64,000 nt of DNA from assembly GCA_965153455.1 (NCBI GenBank), contig OZ234493.1:29192213-29256212 (forward strand). Reading direction: 5' to 3'. The position numbers and the translations under genes were made by a program. Below the pieces are notes generated by a model. It did not search any database. It was not told where the DNA came from and was given only the letters and a program-made list of their open reading frames with translations. This stretch comes from Sphagnum compactum. Taxonomy: Eukaryota. Positions 51,011 to 64,000 of this stretch are shown here, one piece after another (positions within the stretch are counted from its first letter, which is position 1; every line of letters starts with the position of its first letter).

Positions 51011-51549
51011 TATGGGACATCTTATGCTACCATTGGAAGAAGTATTGGTTGAAAAATGTTTTGTTTTTGGTGCACAAAATAAACCTAGGAAACTATTTGT
51101 GTAGTTAAATAATCAAGAACATCTTAAGTTTTTCTCCATGATGATTGACATTTGGTTAAGGATTTAGGGGATTGTGATTAGGTGACTACCAATGCGGTTC
51201 ACATTTGCACATGTCTTATTGGTCTTCTCACCTTAGAAACCAATGTGTTCGTTCAATTTAAAAGACAAATTTTTACGTTATTATTTGGTTTAAGGGACCT
51301 TACCCCTAGATAGGAGGTGGTTTGGATGTGATGCACTATTTGGGGGTGATGTTGTATCATTTGGTTTATGTACGTCGACAATAATGGTTGTAAACACTAA
51401 CATCATATCACATGACAATTGTTGGGAATTTTATTAGTTTAAGTGATTACGTCATGGTTACATTGGGTTAAGTAGGATAAGTTGACTTGAAATTAGTTTT
51501 AATGTGAACACGATTTTCAATATTTAGATGTTTGGAGGGGGATGAACCT

Positions 51550-52450
51550 TTAAATGAAGTGTCTTAAATTCCAATTTTATGGATTTGAGATCACACCAAT
51601 CTTTTGTGTTGTACATTTTCATTATGCATTTCAACAACCAATAACTTTGACTTTGGTTTAAAACACATCACTTGCTAACATAAAACAATATATTTGATAT
51701 GGCTTGAGCGACATAGTTCAAATATGAGCAATGGGCATTCTAGAGAACAAATGTATATCTTGTTACCATTTGTAACAAATGGAGATTGCATTTTGGTATA
51801 TTCTTGAAAAACAAGATGACATAGGAAATGAATTGTAGCTTCAATGAAATTTTAAGCATTCTAATTAGTAGCCTTACAATGATACATGAATCCTTTCATT
51901 CTTGTTTCCTTTCCTCATTTTTTTGTCCATTTAATAATCTTTTGCAACATTGCTTGGGTAACCTTTAATTTCACCTTTGCAAAACCTTACATAAATTTAA
52001 TATTGTTATTGTATTTTTCAAAAACATTTTTCTAAACCTATTGATAACATATTATGTTACTTTCGATATGGCATCATCAAAACACAAGCTTACAAATAAA
52101 CATGTTAATGAAAGTGCATAACAAGATTGCACACTTAAATTGAACCCTTTGCTTTTAACACAAGTAATTATCTTGAGCAAATGAAAAATCTTCAACAAGA
52201 TTTGTACTTTATTTGCCATTGCTACCTTTGTTAGATTGGACACTCTAAATACCTTCACAATCACGTGAATGCGCTTTTGTGAATTATTGACATGAAGTTG
52301 ACAACCATGACAAATGTATTGTGATCAACATGAAACATCCATAAATCAAACAAAATAACACATGTGACATACAAAGCAAGAAAAAATAAAATTTAAATGA
52401 TTGCGATTTATTTGAAAAGGAGAGGAGGCATCGTATACCTAAGGTTCTTC
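51550..52450 (-). mobile_element. Second decayed hAT transposase fragment
   Basis: Minus strand reads FDLWMFHVDHNTFVMVVNF...HVIVKVFRVSNLTKVAMANKVQILLKIFHLLKIITCVKSKGFNL, the same FDxW...YVKDEGSNL block as at ~46350-46580. Confidence 0.7.
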
Positions 52451-52701
52451 AATTTGAGGAAACAATGTAAGTGGAAGGTGCTTCCTTTGTTGAGCTAAAA
52501 AAATCGCTAATGGAAGTTGCCTTCCATATACACTACAAAAATTCTACCAATTTTACATATTGTGGAATGGCGAAGCGCCTTAAGGGGTGAGCTTGGTGAC
52601 ACACTTGACATGATGCGCAAGACAAGGCCATTCCATAACGTCACGGTTTGGGGTGGCAGATTCAATGATCTTCCATATTTCATGTGCAATAGACACAACT
52701 A

Positions 52702-52878
52702 GGTCTCTATTATTACAAGTGTATGATCATCACCGGAAGATTATGTCGTATAATGTACTCAAGAAAATGACATTAAAGCCTATATGACCAATTATGATCA
52801 TACACTCTCAATCATCAGGTGATGATCATACATTCATAATCTGCTGGTGATGAACATACACTTGCAATAATAGTGACC
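52702..52878. mobile_element. 177-bp MITE with ~33-bp imperfect TIRs, upstream of RUS4
   Basis: Left end GGTCTCTATTATTACAAGTGTATGATCATCACC versus reverse complement of the right end GGTCACTATTATTGCAAGTGTATGTTCATCACC. TSD not intact. Confidence 0.75.
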
Positions 52879-53311
52879 AAAATGTGGACCATTTGAACAT
52901 GATTTCTTTGAAAAATCGTTGAATCTGCCACCCTACACCTTAATGGCATGGAATGGTGTCGCCCCTGCCCATTATGCGCTGTGGAATGGTCTTCTCCCTG
53001 GCCATTATGTTGGGTGCGTCGCCTGTCTTTCCCTAATGCGCCTGATCGCTCGCGCGCGCGCGCGGGCTCCGTAGCTGCGGGGCTTTCGTGGTGTAGACGT
53101 CACGTTGAAACCCTGCAGCTACTAGTCTTTTGTCCACAACTAGGGACACTGGCGGCTTGGCGCTAGTTCTCCCTTCGAGTTTGTAACAGTGGGTTTAGTT
53201 GCAGGTGTTTGTTGTTGTTGCGCAGGAGGGGCTGATGGGTTCGTAGAGGTCATAAAACGTCTGTCGTGTGGTGCAGTCGTTTTTGTTGTTGTTCTTTAGG
53301 GCAGAATCGCC

Positions 53312-53320
53312 AAACCCTAA
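53312..53320 (+). promoter_or_regulatory. Telo-box (AAACCCTAA) abutting the RUS4 start codon
   Basis: CAAACCCTAA-ATG at 53311-53323. Confidence 0.55.
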
Positions 53321-56300
53321 ATGGTACCGTCTTCTTCCTTTCTCCTTCTTCCAGAGGTTTTGGCACCGGGCTCTACTCGATGCCTGAGAAGCTGCTGCTG
53401 CTGGGTTGTGAATCCAAGGAGCAGTAGTAGACAAGAGCTTAGGATATGCTCAAGACTCGGGGGTGGTTGTTGGGTGCTTAAACGGCAGCTCAAGTGTCAG
53501 GGGTTTGTGGACCAAGAAGCGTCATCGTCGTCGGTAGCTTGTCGCGCTTTCCAAGAAGATGATGATGATGATGATGATGCTTCTAGTAGGTGCCGTGGGC
53601 ATGGACGAGAAGTTCATAGACTGCCGGTGTTGCTCCATGAGCGAGGCAGGAAGTTGCAGTATGTATACTCTGGACAGCGGATGTGGACGATCGACCCACA
53701 AGATGAGTCTCACTATAGCAAGGATGGCCGGTTCCAAGGTGGTCCCGGAGACTGGCTCCGTGAGTGCTCAGAAAAGATGGGCAGAGCTTTGCGGAGAAGC
53801 TTTGTGCCTGACCAAGTGCGACCCCACTACCTCTTATACCTCAAGTGGACAATGATCCACCGCTTCTTGAGCTCCATCAACCATGTCCACTGTACTCAGG
53901 TACTTCTTAGGTTCCCCCCCTCTCTGCCTCCTATTCTCAGGATTTTTGGTCGACTTTCGGTCTTCTACTGTCTTGTTGTCAAGATCCAATTGTTGATCCT
54001 GAACCAGCTTGTTTTCTTTCCTTTGTATAATTTGATCTTTACCAGGAGTTCCAAATTTGCTGAGATGCCTACTTGATGTGTTCTGCTATGGTAGGCAATG
54101 TTGCATGCCCTTGGTGTTGGGGGAAAGCGTGGATTACCATCTGCAGCTGCCTTGAATTGGGTGCTAAAGGATGGTCTTGGTCGTCTTGGTAGACTTATCT
54201 ATGCTGCTGGACTTGGCCGCACTTTTGACTGCAATCTCAAGGTCTGTAATTCCTTCAGTTGGGTGCTTTTCATGCACATCCCATTCTCAAGTTACTTGTT
54301 GTCCTTGTATTTTTCAAGTTCTATCTCACCTTACATTCCAAACCTGCTTTCCCTTTTCCTCCTGTCTTTTTATCTTTCAAGGCCCTACAACTATGATGTC
54401 AATATTCACAGGTCTTCTGTTGCTTGGAAGCAGAGAGTACGTTTTTCAACATCAGTGCTGTTCTGTGTGAGTCTGGGGCTTGAGATGCTGACGCCTGTTT
54501 TTCCTCATCATTTTCTGTTTCTAGCAACACTCGCCAACGTGGGCAAGTCAATAAGTCTGGCTGCCTACCTTGCCACAAGTGTGAGCATCCCTCCTCCTCT
54601 TCCCTCCTTTTTGGCCATGCTTCATATTCCAAACACGTTTTTCATGGCAGACCAAAGACTTCTATATTCATTTCTTCATGTCCTGCATGAAATCTTCAGT
54701 CTTGCCATCACAATTAATAGGAGAGGCTTTGAGCATCAAACACAGTGGTTTGTCACTAGGTTGGAGTGTATGCACTCACTTATTGTGCATGGTGGGGTGG
54801 TTGATAGTCAGCTATACACAGAAGCTTTGCTTTGGGAGATAACCTGGCGGACATATCTGCTAAAGGCCAGGTTAGCTTAGATCACTATGCCATATTAGAA
54901 ATGGAAAATTCAGAGCATAGAATTGGTCTTCAGTGGTGTAAATGTAAGGAATTAGCTCATCTTCAGAGTTACAAGCTTGTGGCATGCGTGGGTGAAACTG
55001 GTTTGTCCCAGGAAAAAAGGGACAGAGGAATCTACACCAAGAACTAACTGATTTGGACCATGTGAACTATCTTTATTGATGTAAGAGGTAAAATGGCAGG
55101 ATGCAGTGTTCACCTTGGTGTGGGTTTTGCAGGCACAGACGGTGGTTGCAGATAACCTTGGGCTAGCTGTTGCAGTTTGCATAAACTGTTTCTGTCACTA
55201 TCACCCAAGGTGTGATATTTTACCAAGTTCTGCTGTTGATAAAAATAGGCGATTTTGTAATCTTGTGCACATGCATCTCTCGATTCTTATGAGTGATATA
55301 TTTGTTCTTCAGCATTTAGAGTCTCTACAGCTAGACTTTCTGACAGTATCTGTCTGGATTGGTGGCAGATTAGGAAGAATTCTCCCTTTGGCAATGTTTC
55401 CAGTGCTGGCTCTGGTGGAACTCTTTGCTATCCGCCAACAACTTCAGGCTGTGCACTTGCAAACTCTAAACAAGGTCAACTTTCTTCTACAATCCAGTTT
55501 TATATTAAGGGTGCAGCAGTGATCAAGCAACTAATGTAAAGCATTCAGCAAATCACTTTTCTGTAGCTTGCTAGTCTACATTGCTGGGAATTAACCGACT
55601 CTCGTCAGTAAGTGCAGGAAAGGCTGGAAATTATTGTTAATCAGTGGGTGAGAGACAGTACAGTGCCAACTTTTGAAGATGTCAGCAAGGTTGAATGTGC
55701 AGGCCTTCTGTCACCTTACAGTGGTAACAACATTTCTCTTTCTTTCTTCTTCAACTGGCTGTTACCTCAGGGTGGCTTTTGAACCACGGATCAAGCTGGG
55801 AAGGATTTTTTTGGAGCTATGCAATGTGTCAAGCTACTGACAATCTAACACCTCTTTTCAGAATGTGCTAGACTTTGCTCATGCAGAACATATGCAGAAC
55901 ATGACTAGGGGTTCATTGGGAGCTTACAGATGCATTGTGGAGATGGTGCCAGGTGGCATAAGGCAGTTGCCCCTGCGAATAGGCGCCATTCCTTTGCAAT
56001 CCTGGACACCAGAAGAGCTCATGAGCACCATGAGCATGCATGACTCTCAGCGCTATGTTCTTTTGACTGAAACTTCTTTTTCATTCCCTTGGCTTGGTAA
56101 TTCGAGTGTCAGTCAGGTAGTTATACCTTTGTTGTATGGCACCCTTGTTTCTGTATCAACCAAGCTTATGTTTGTTGCTATGAGTATTCAGCTATGATTG
56201 CCAAGCTCTTATAAAAGTTTGCCCTAGGTTGCCTTGCAAATGTGATAGTCACTCCTCACTTTGCCCTCTGTTCTCTGTGCTTTTACAGCCAGGGTTGCTT

Positions 56301-57690
56301 CTGTGGCTGAATGACAAGGCAGCAGCTGAAGACATCATCATGGGAGTCCTCCAGGTGTGCTATGTGAGATTGCATGCAATTTAACAGTAGTGCTCATGAG
56401 GTTGCACCTGGAGGATGTTAAGCATTGTTGCACTTCTCAAAAGGTTTTTGGTAACCTGCACGCTTTTTTTGATGATGGTTCTCCATTAAAAACTCTGCAT
56501 GTCATGTGGTAGATAGTCTTATGGAACTCATGGGACCCAAGTGCTTGCTCCAATCCACCACTTTTTGTTTATGTCACGATGTCACATTCATGCAGGTTGT
56601 TTGTGCCATGTTTTTTGACATGAAATCTTCCTTGCAGGCAATCCATGTACAAGCTATGACCACTACAGGAACAACCCTCCCTCTCCATGGTATGATTCAA
56701 CCACTATAATTGTTTTTCGGTCAACATTATTGTATGAAATATTACCCTGGTCTAAGGGTTTAGCTCTTATAAGCTTCCAGTCACATGGAAAATTTGGCTA
56801 CTGTGGAGTACTGTCGGTTTTGACATAAGTGTAATTTACGATATGCACACTTGTTTCTGGCAGGAAAGTGTAGACAGTATGTCCACAATGTGCGCTGTCC
56901 TAATTCTTGGCAGGGTGCATGGGGAGCTTGCCTGTCGTAAATATGGACAAATAGTAAAAGAGCTTTCAATGTAGCTCCTGGGAACAATAAGGGAGCACAG
57001 CAGAGGGATTTCTGTGCCTTCAGATGTACCCCATACATTGATGCTACTATAGCTTTTAGGAAACTGTAAATCAGGCCATGACAATAATTTTTGGTCCTAC
57101 TGCAAGCGGCATTTTTTTGGGCTTTGTGATGAGATTCTAGCTGATGTGGTCTGGGAATGTGAATTCCTTTTTCTCTAGCCTGCACATGAGACTTTCCATC
57201 TCAGGTCCCTAGTGTGTCCAGTTGTTAAGAGTGTGTTGCACCCATCATGCAAGATGTCCTTGGAGGCCACAGCTTGCTCTAGACATGGGAAATTCCGCAT
57301 GGAATGTCTTGATGCACAGAATTTCTTCCAAGTTGTCTGAGTTAGTGAAGAGCATCAGTTTTCTGAGTGTGGAGTATGTGGTCTTGAACTTGATACAGCT
57401 TGAGTATCGTGGAATCAATTTCTGACAAGGTGTAAAATGTCAGACAGAATTTTGTGGCGAATGTTGAAAGAGAAATGACAGTCACTATTTGGTGTTTGGT
57501 TTCAGGGGAGAAATCCAGGATAGGAAAACATGATGAAAGGTGGCTAGCCCTTTCTGCAGAGAGTAGGAGAAGAGCAGAGGCAGGATTAGGACTTCTATTG
57601 GCAGCAATGGATGAGATTGGGTGGCAAAGAAAGCATGTGCTACTAAGCCCAATGGAGCAAAGGAGCTACAGCCTGCTTGACAACCTGTAA
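53321..57690 (+). CDS. RUS4: ROOT UVB SENSITIVE 4-like protein (DUF647), ~563 aa, probable plastid transit peptide
   Basis: Exons 53321-53899, 54095-54241, 54434-54580, 54808-54870, 55133-55209, 55369-55474, 55618-55723, 55953-56116, 56289-56354, 56638-56689 and 57506-57690 are GT-AG and total 1692 nt in frame. Motifs AAALNWVLKDGLGRLGR, FDCNLKRVRFSTSVLF, SAIHRSFALGDNLADISAKGQ and LQTLNKERLEII match the RUS4 clade. Exon 10 is the least certain. Confidence 0.93.
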
Positions 57691-59466
57691 TGTGAATAGG
57701 TGATTTCTCAAATTCTTTACCAATTCTTGTTTCAGACTTAAAACACTTTGAAGGTAGCCTTTTATGTCAGTCCTGGTGTGACCTAAACAAAAATTACAAA
57801 AATTGAGTCATAAAAGGCTTGCTCATGACCTTGAAAGTGTCATTCATGGATTTTTTAGACCTTGACACAATACAAACACAAATCTACAATTGATGAACTT
57901 TGCAACAGGTTTACTTACAAAAACACATTCAATTTCATAGTTGTTTTTTCGTGTCATTTCAATCATGTTCTTTTATGAACATCAATAAGAAGACTAAGAA
58001 AACAAAATTTAAGGACTAGGATGGAACCCATGCAATAATCTTTATCTACAACTACATGAACATTGACCTATTGTTCCTTGGGATCCATGAGTTCTATACT
58101 TAGTCCATGTGTGGATGTCTATCAAGATAGCTTACTATAGTTATTCTGGACACATTAGTGTTCTCCTCCTTAGATGTCTTCTTGAATGTTTCCTTAAGGA
58201 CACGGGTTGCAGAGTCTTATGCAAAATCCATTCCATAAAGAAGCCATTTCATGTGTATTGAAAAGTCTATCTGGATTGTGAACTGACAAGTGATTTAGAA
58301 CAATAATGTTGTAGAGATTTCAGATCCAGCAACATACCAGCAAATTGACCAGAAAAACCAGCAACATATACATGCCAACAAAACCTATCTAGGTAAATCA
58401 AAGTCCTTTGCATTCAAAATCAAACTATCATGAATGCTAGCATACAAGTCTCCGATTCAATCTCATACCCAATCATTGATCCAATTGGTTTTCCAACTGA
58501 CTAGTTCGGAAAAGTAGAAGCACCTTTATGCCAATGTTGTTCAAGCTCACAAAAGAACTTCTACACTTGGCAAGCTTTGAACTTGCAAAACAAAGTCCAA
58601 ATTTAGAAAAATTGGAGAGAAATCATGATTTGATAAACAACCTCATTAGGTTTGGAATAAAAATGTTCAGATTAATCTTGACTCTGGCCATCTGAGCTAC
58701 AAAATGTATTCTGTCACATGTATAGTTTTGTAGATTAGGGCAAATTTATTGGGTACAATAATGCATTTTACCACATCTATAGTGTTTCACATGTGTAATT
58801 TTGTACATGTGGTAGAATGCTCCATACAACACTCTTGATCAAAGTTTCTCAAAGTTTCTTACTTTAAAAACAACAAAAATGAGAAGTGGTGTGTTTGAAA
58901 AACACCTAAAACCCTAACACATTTGAGGAATCAAGTAGTGGTCCTATTGAATGTTTGGGTGAAGTTTTTGGCTGATAATTGAGGGAATTTTGGCCAACAA
59001 TGTGAAGAAGGTTATCAATATTTTATTTTACGAACTCCCAAGTCTGGAGGCAAGAGTGAGTATTGCAATTCTTAGTTTCTAAGGTGCGAAGAGCGGGCGG
59101 TCCTTGTATTTTTTCACCTCTTGGGTTATATATTGTTATACCCAAACTAAAAATTGCCGAGTATTTGACGTCAAAATAAATGCCTGCCCAACATTGGACC
59201 TTACTAACTAATTGCAAATTGACATACTCAACTATTACATAGACAAATATTTGTGTGTTGTGTTATTATAAACGAAGTCTTTAACCCAACCTACCAACCA
59301 AGTTCAAATGATGTACACTCAACTTGCTTATATTTGATGAAAGAACTAGTAAAAACAAAAAAAAAGTTGGTTGTCATCTTATCATTGCAACAAAATATGG
59401 TTTTTTCTTCTAGTTGAAGATCTTGGGTTCATAATGGGTGTGTAAGGTAAACTTTGTGGTTTCAAC

Positions 59467-60083
59467 TAGTGTTGGGTGGTTCTTGACTTTATGAAAAGAA
59501 GTTTCAATTCTGATTCTTTTTTAAATTTTTTCCAGTTCCACAAAACAATGGAAACTTAGGCTCAGTTTTGGTTTTGATTTTTGAAAGAAAAAAGGTTCCA
59601 GTTCCAGTTCTTGAAATTGGGTTATGGTTATGGTTTCAAGGAACTAGTTTGAATCAGTGGTTAATTGCTGGTTACTGTTGGTTTCAAACTTTTTCCCCTG
59701 AAAAAAAACCAAAAAGAAAATTCAAGTTCCAGTTTCGAAATCAGATCCAATTAAAAACCTCGTTCTGGTTCCCAGCCATTAAACTTGGTTCCAATTTTAT
59801 TCTAATTAATTAGAACCACAACGAGCGATTCTAATTAAGGTGTATTCACACTTGATGTTAAGCCAATGTTCAAAGAAAATCTAGGTGGCATCCTAGGTGG
59901 CACCCCAAATGTTAAATGGGCCATAGCTCAATGTTAAGTGAATGTTAGCTAAAACATAAAATTTTCATGGCAACTAGGTTTTAAGTGCTAAATGGCTAGC
60001 ATCGTCTAGGGCACTCAACCCTAGAGTCCCTAACACCAAGTGTGAATGCACCTTTACTCAAATTGTGTACCCATGCAACATTA
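59467..60083. mobile_element. hAT-type MITE with perfect 8-bp TSD, carrying a nested Tourist-like MITE
   Basis: Termini TAGTGTTG / CAACATTA; GTTTCAAC at both 59459-59466 and 60084-60091. Confidence 0.85.
59838..60053. mobile_element. PIF/Harbinger (Tourist-like) MITE, 216 bp
   Basis: TIRs AGGTGTATTCACACTTGATGTTA / TAACACCAAGTGTGAATGCACCT; TTA TSD at 59835-59837 and 60054-60056. Confidence 0.88.
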
Positions 60084-62377
60084 GTTTCAACCATTTCGAT
60101 CTAAAATATATGATATTTATCTTAGTTTGGCATGAGTGTAATGTGTTCCACATTACTATTGACAACCATACATTCCTTGTTAATTGTAGGAAAACAAACT
60201 TTGAAATGATGTAACCCCAAAAATGAATTAAGTCACATGTTGGATGACACTATTTGCTTCCATACAAGTGTTTTTTAAAAAAATTTGACAAAATTTTGTC
60301 ATTGGGAGACAAAAAAAAGTCTAGTTTGATTCATATCGAAGATTTTTATGAAAAAGATGTGCCAAAGTTATCACATTTCAAGGAAGTTTTTTTCATAAAT
60401 CATCATATTTTGACAATAGGTTCCAATTGGTCACAAAAATATAGCAGGATTTATCAAAAAAATTCTACTTTCCTCTCTAACTTGTAGCCAAAATTGGCTA
60501 ATTCCTCTTGTGGGTTGATTGCCAATGTGGCTACATCGCAAAATTAAGAAAACCATGTCCTTGTTTGCTCCAACAAAAGAAAAAAAGAAACAAAACCTCA
60601 ATTCGATACTCAACACACAAGCCCACTTAATGATTATCATTCCTTTTTTTAATGGATGATGTCAACCAACATCCACCAATGCACCATCCATTGGAAACCT
60701 GCTATGACGACGCATGGGGATGGTTAATATCAATGTTTTCCAATTCTTTACTTTTCAAGAGAACCTCCAATCCTAGTTTTATTATTTAAATAAAAAACCT
60801 AAATTGTTTGTCACACTAATATCATTTCTAACCTTGGCCATAAGGTTTTAACAAATTTATTAAAAAAAAAATCTTTTTTTTTTGGAAAATGAAGACTACA
60901 ACACTGATTAGTACATAACTAATCACTCTAGTTATATCCCACTGTGATAGGAATATGGCAAAAAAAAAATTGTTTCTTTTCCACACACCATTCATCTTGC
61001 ATGGTGTGTTGGTGAGTGTTGTGAATCATCACTTGGGCACCCACCGATGCACCATCATCCATTGGAAACCCATTAGGAATCAACCTCGTTACATTGATAA
61101 CGAATCCTGTAAGCCTTTTTATTTACCCCTCACACTCCGTTTGTAACTACCTATACAAGTGGTTAAGTATCATAGGTAAGTAGGTGGGGGAAACGTATGT
61201 GGTTATTAGTGTTATGCATGTAAATGTTTTGGGACTTACGCTTTGTCTAAATATAAATCTCATAAGGAAATTTATTTACACTCCATGTAAGTGTCTAATA
61301 TCCATTTACATTTGTGTAAATGTAGAACATGAAACATGTAAATATAAGTGTAAAATCGTATAAATTTATTTTAAACCATGTAAAACAGTGTAAATGTAAA
61401 AATCAATACATTTATATAATTTTACATGGCTATGTAAAACAATGTAAATGTAAAACAATAGTTTTTTCTGGGGGAAAAAGGGTATTTCATACTGTTTTTG
61501 GTGATAGACCAATCAAATGACCCATTGCAAAAAAAAAACCCATCAAAACATGCACCCACAATTAATTAATATGGATTTGCAAGAAGGTATGGTCATTATA
61601 GGTGTATAATAAAGATATAGTATAGTTATTTATAATAAAAAAATAACATCAGAACATTGAGTTTGGTCATAAACAGGGTGAGACTATTAGAAAAACCTGC
61701 AAAAAAATAAAATTAACATTCTTCGAGGGGGAGAAGGGGGAAACTCATAAAACCATCAATTTCTGCGACAAACTAAGTTTCATCTTGTCTTTCATTTCTC
61801 CTGAGCGCCTACACTGCTGCTACATATATTTTCATTGCTCTTACCTGTAGGACTAATATAATTAGTCTAGAACCTTATGCAAATGCTGAGTTTCAGCATT
61901 TTACACTCAGATTTAATAAAATTTCCTCACTTTCAACGTGACTTTATGAATGACCTTAAAATATACATTTACATGTCCCAACACATTTACACAGGGCCGT
62001 GTAAGTGTATTTGACAAATATTTACATTTGTCTTGTGTAAGTGTAGAAAATTATATACATGCCAGCAATGTAAGTGTAAAAAGTTTGAACATCTCAGTGT
62101 AAACGATTTACACTTACATGAGATATATATATATATATATATATCACTATTGACACTTACATGCACAGCACTGATGGTTACTATCTACCCAAATAATTAA
62201 GTAAAGCACTTGGGTGACCACACGGTGAATATATGTGTGTGGATGTTTAATACATAACTAACCACTGTGGTTAGGAATGAAAACACAATGGAAAAATGTA
62301 TTTCCTACGGAGACAGCATCCATCCTGCATGGTGCACCATAGGGGCTGATTCATTCTGGTCATGAGATATGGCTTAA

Positions 62378-62593
62378 TGGTGCATTCACACTTGATGTTA
62401 AGTCTGTGTTACATGAAAATCTAGGTGGCATCCTAGATGGCATGCAATGTTAAATGGGTGATAGCTCAATGTTAAGTGAACTTTAGCTTAACATAAAATC
62501 TTCATGGTATGTGGGTTTAAGTTGTATATGACTAACATGATGATGTTAAGGGACTCAACACTAAAATCCCTAACACCAAGCGTGAACACACTT
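62378..62593. mobile_element. Second copy of the Tourist-like MITE
   Basis: GGTGCATTCACACTTGATGTTAAG...GAAAATCTAGGTGGCATCCTAG...TAACACCAAGCGTGAACACAC is collinear with 59838-60053. Confidence 0.85.
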
Positions 62594-63397
62594 TTATTCA
62601 ACAGGAATAAAATTATGTGTCACGCGTGTTACAAGGTAAACCTTATTATGTTGTTGTGTGTCAATACCCAAGGACTTGTATTATTTTTGGGAAAATTATT
62701 TTTTGGCATGTTTTGGAACCTGAATAATATGATTTTAAGGCATGCAAAGGATTTTTTGGTGAAGAAAATGGCCCTAATTTGTCAGATTTTGAAAAAAAAT
62801 AAATTTTGAGTCACCAGATTTCTACAACAGGTTCTAGTAGCAGGTAGACCAATTTTTTTTGAAAAGGATTCTTAAATTTTTTTATTTTCATATCTGGTCT
62901 ATAGCCAAATATCTGGGCTAAATCATCTGGTGGATGATTGCCAGTTTGGCTACATCAGAAAATTAATTTAAAAAAAAAAAAAACCCTGCCAAGGAGGGTG
63001 AAGGGATGACAATGGATTTATTCATATCCTGCTACCAGAGGGCTATTAATACCCCAACTGACTATACAGTGAAAATGTGATTCCCACTCAACCATAGATT
63101 GCTGTATTTATAGAAGTAAAATTTGGGTACTCAAAATACAAATGCTGTTACTGAAACTTGAAGTTTGCAACTTAGAGTTTGCAAGGCTAGAGAATTTATT
63201 GGAAACCCAAGTTGATGTAAGTTATTAGGTCAGCAATTGTTGGTGGTGGTTGTCAAATGGTGTGATCTGCAACAACAACTCCTTGCCAAATAGCAATCTG
63301 CCAGACAATTGCGGCAAGTTAATAGTTTCATACCCATTCCTCTGGATCTGTTCAGTTGTGTAATATAGACAGACATTGCCAGGAGAGAGTTGTGGCC

Positions 63398-64000
63398 TTT
63401 GTCTAAGATTCAAGTTACAATGGACTGATTACATTGCAACTGTAAGTTTCACAATGGATCTCTTCACAAACAAAATTTTACCTTTCACAGAAAACTTATG
63501 CAGAAGGTATGGAGTAGTGCAGAACCGATTAATCAATACAAAATAATCATATACCCAAAACCCATCTGAGTTTTCTTACACCCAAGTTGGTTAAAAGATT
63601 TGAACAAATGTACAGAAGAAAACAAGTGTGCCCTTTGTCTAAAATTTAAGTTACAATGGATTACATCATTGAACTGTAAGTTTCACAATGGATCTCTTCC
63701 TTCACAAACAAAATTTATCCTTTCACAGAAAACATATGCAGGAGGTATGGAGTAGTGCAGCACCAATTAATCAATACAAAATCATCATATACCCTAAACC
63801 CATCTGAGAGTTATTACACCCAAGTTGTTAAAAACTTTGAGCAAATGTAACAGAAGAAAATGAGTGCGCCGTTTGTCTAAGATTTAAGTTACAATGGATT
63901 ACACTGAACTGTGTAAGTTTCACAATGGATCTCTTCCTTCACAAACAAAATTTATCCTTTCATCACAGAAAACATACCTTATGCAAAAGCTATGGAGTAG
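63398..64000. repeat. ~237-bp tandem repeat, at least 2.5 copies, running off the window
   Basis: TTTGTCTAA..TT.AAGTTACAATGGA starts at 63398, 63634 and 63872. Confidence 0.92.

Noticed and set aside
56864-56975. Alternative RUS4 exon after CTGGCAG
   Set aside because: It runs into a stop and lacks family-like sequence, whereas 56638-56689 keeps frame with the last exon.
1-64000. tRNA, rRNA, conserved miRNA (156/160/166/171/319/390/408) or TAS3 loci
   Set aside because: No matching sequences were recognised by eye; a covariance-model scan would be needed to exclude them formally.

Overview
This is AT-rich, repeat-dense eukaryotic nuclear DNA from a land plant. The gene set and repeat landscape suggest a moss such as Sphagnum (inference only). 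Three intron-containing genes could be fully reconstructed by hand using GT-AG boundaries. The first is a histidine phosphotransfer protein (AHP/HPt, +, 30258-32248, 6 exons, 169 aa). The second, convergent with it, is a group-J/bZIP62-like transcription factor (-, 34293-37522, 6 coding exons, ~757 aa). The third is a DUF647 ROOT UVB SENSITIVE 4-like gene (+, 53321-57690, 11 exons, ~563 aa). A fourth, intronless multi-pass membrane-protein gene (6478-7858) is broken by one apparent +1 T. Its motifs resemble an uncharacterised fungal membrane-protein family, making it a possible horizontal acquisition and the top lead. The rest is decayed transposons (Sola2-like, two hAT transposases, Ty3/Gypsy pol), MITE families (hAT MITEs with GTNNNNAC 8-bp TSDs, Tourist-like), a tail-to-tail pair of Helitron-like elements, minisatellites and two adjacent MIRNA-like hairpins near 20.3-20.7 kb. 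All family assignments come from motif recognition, not database searches.
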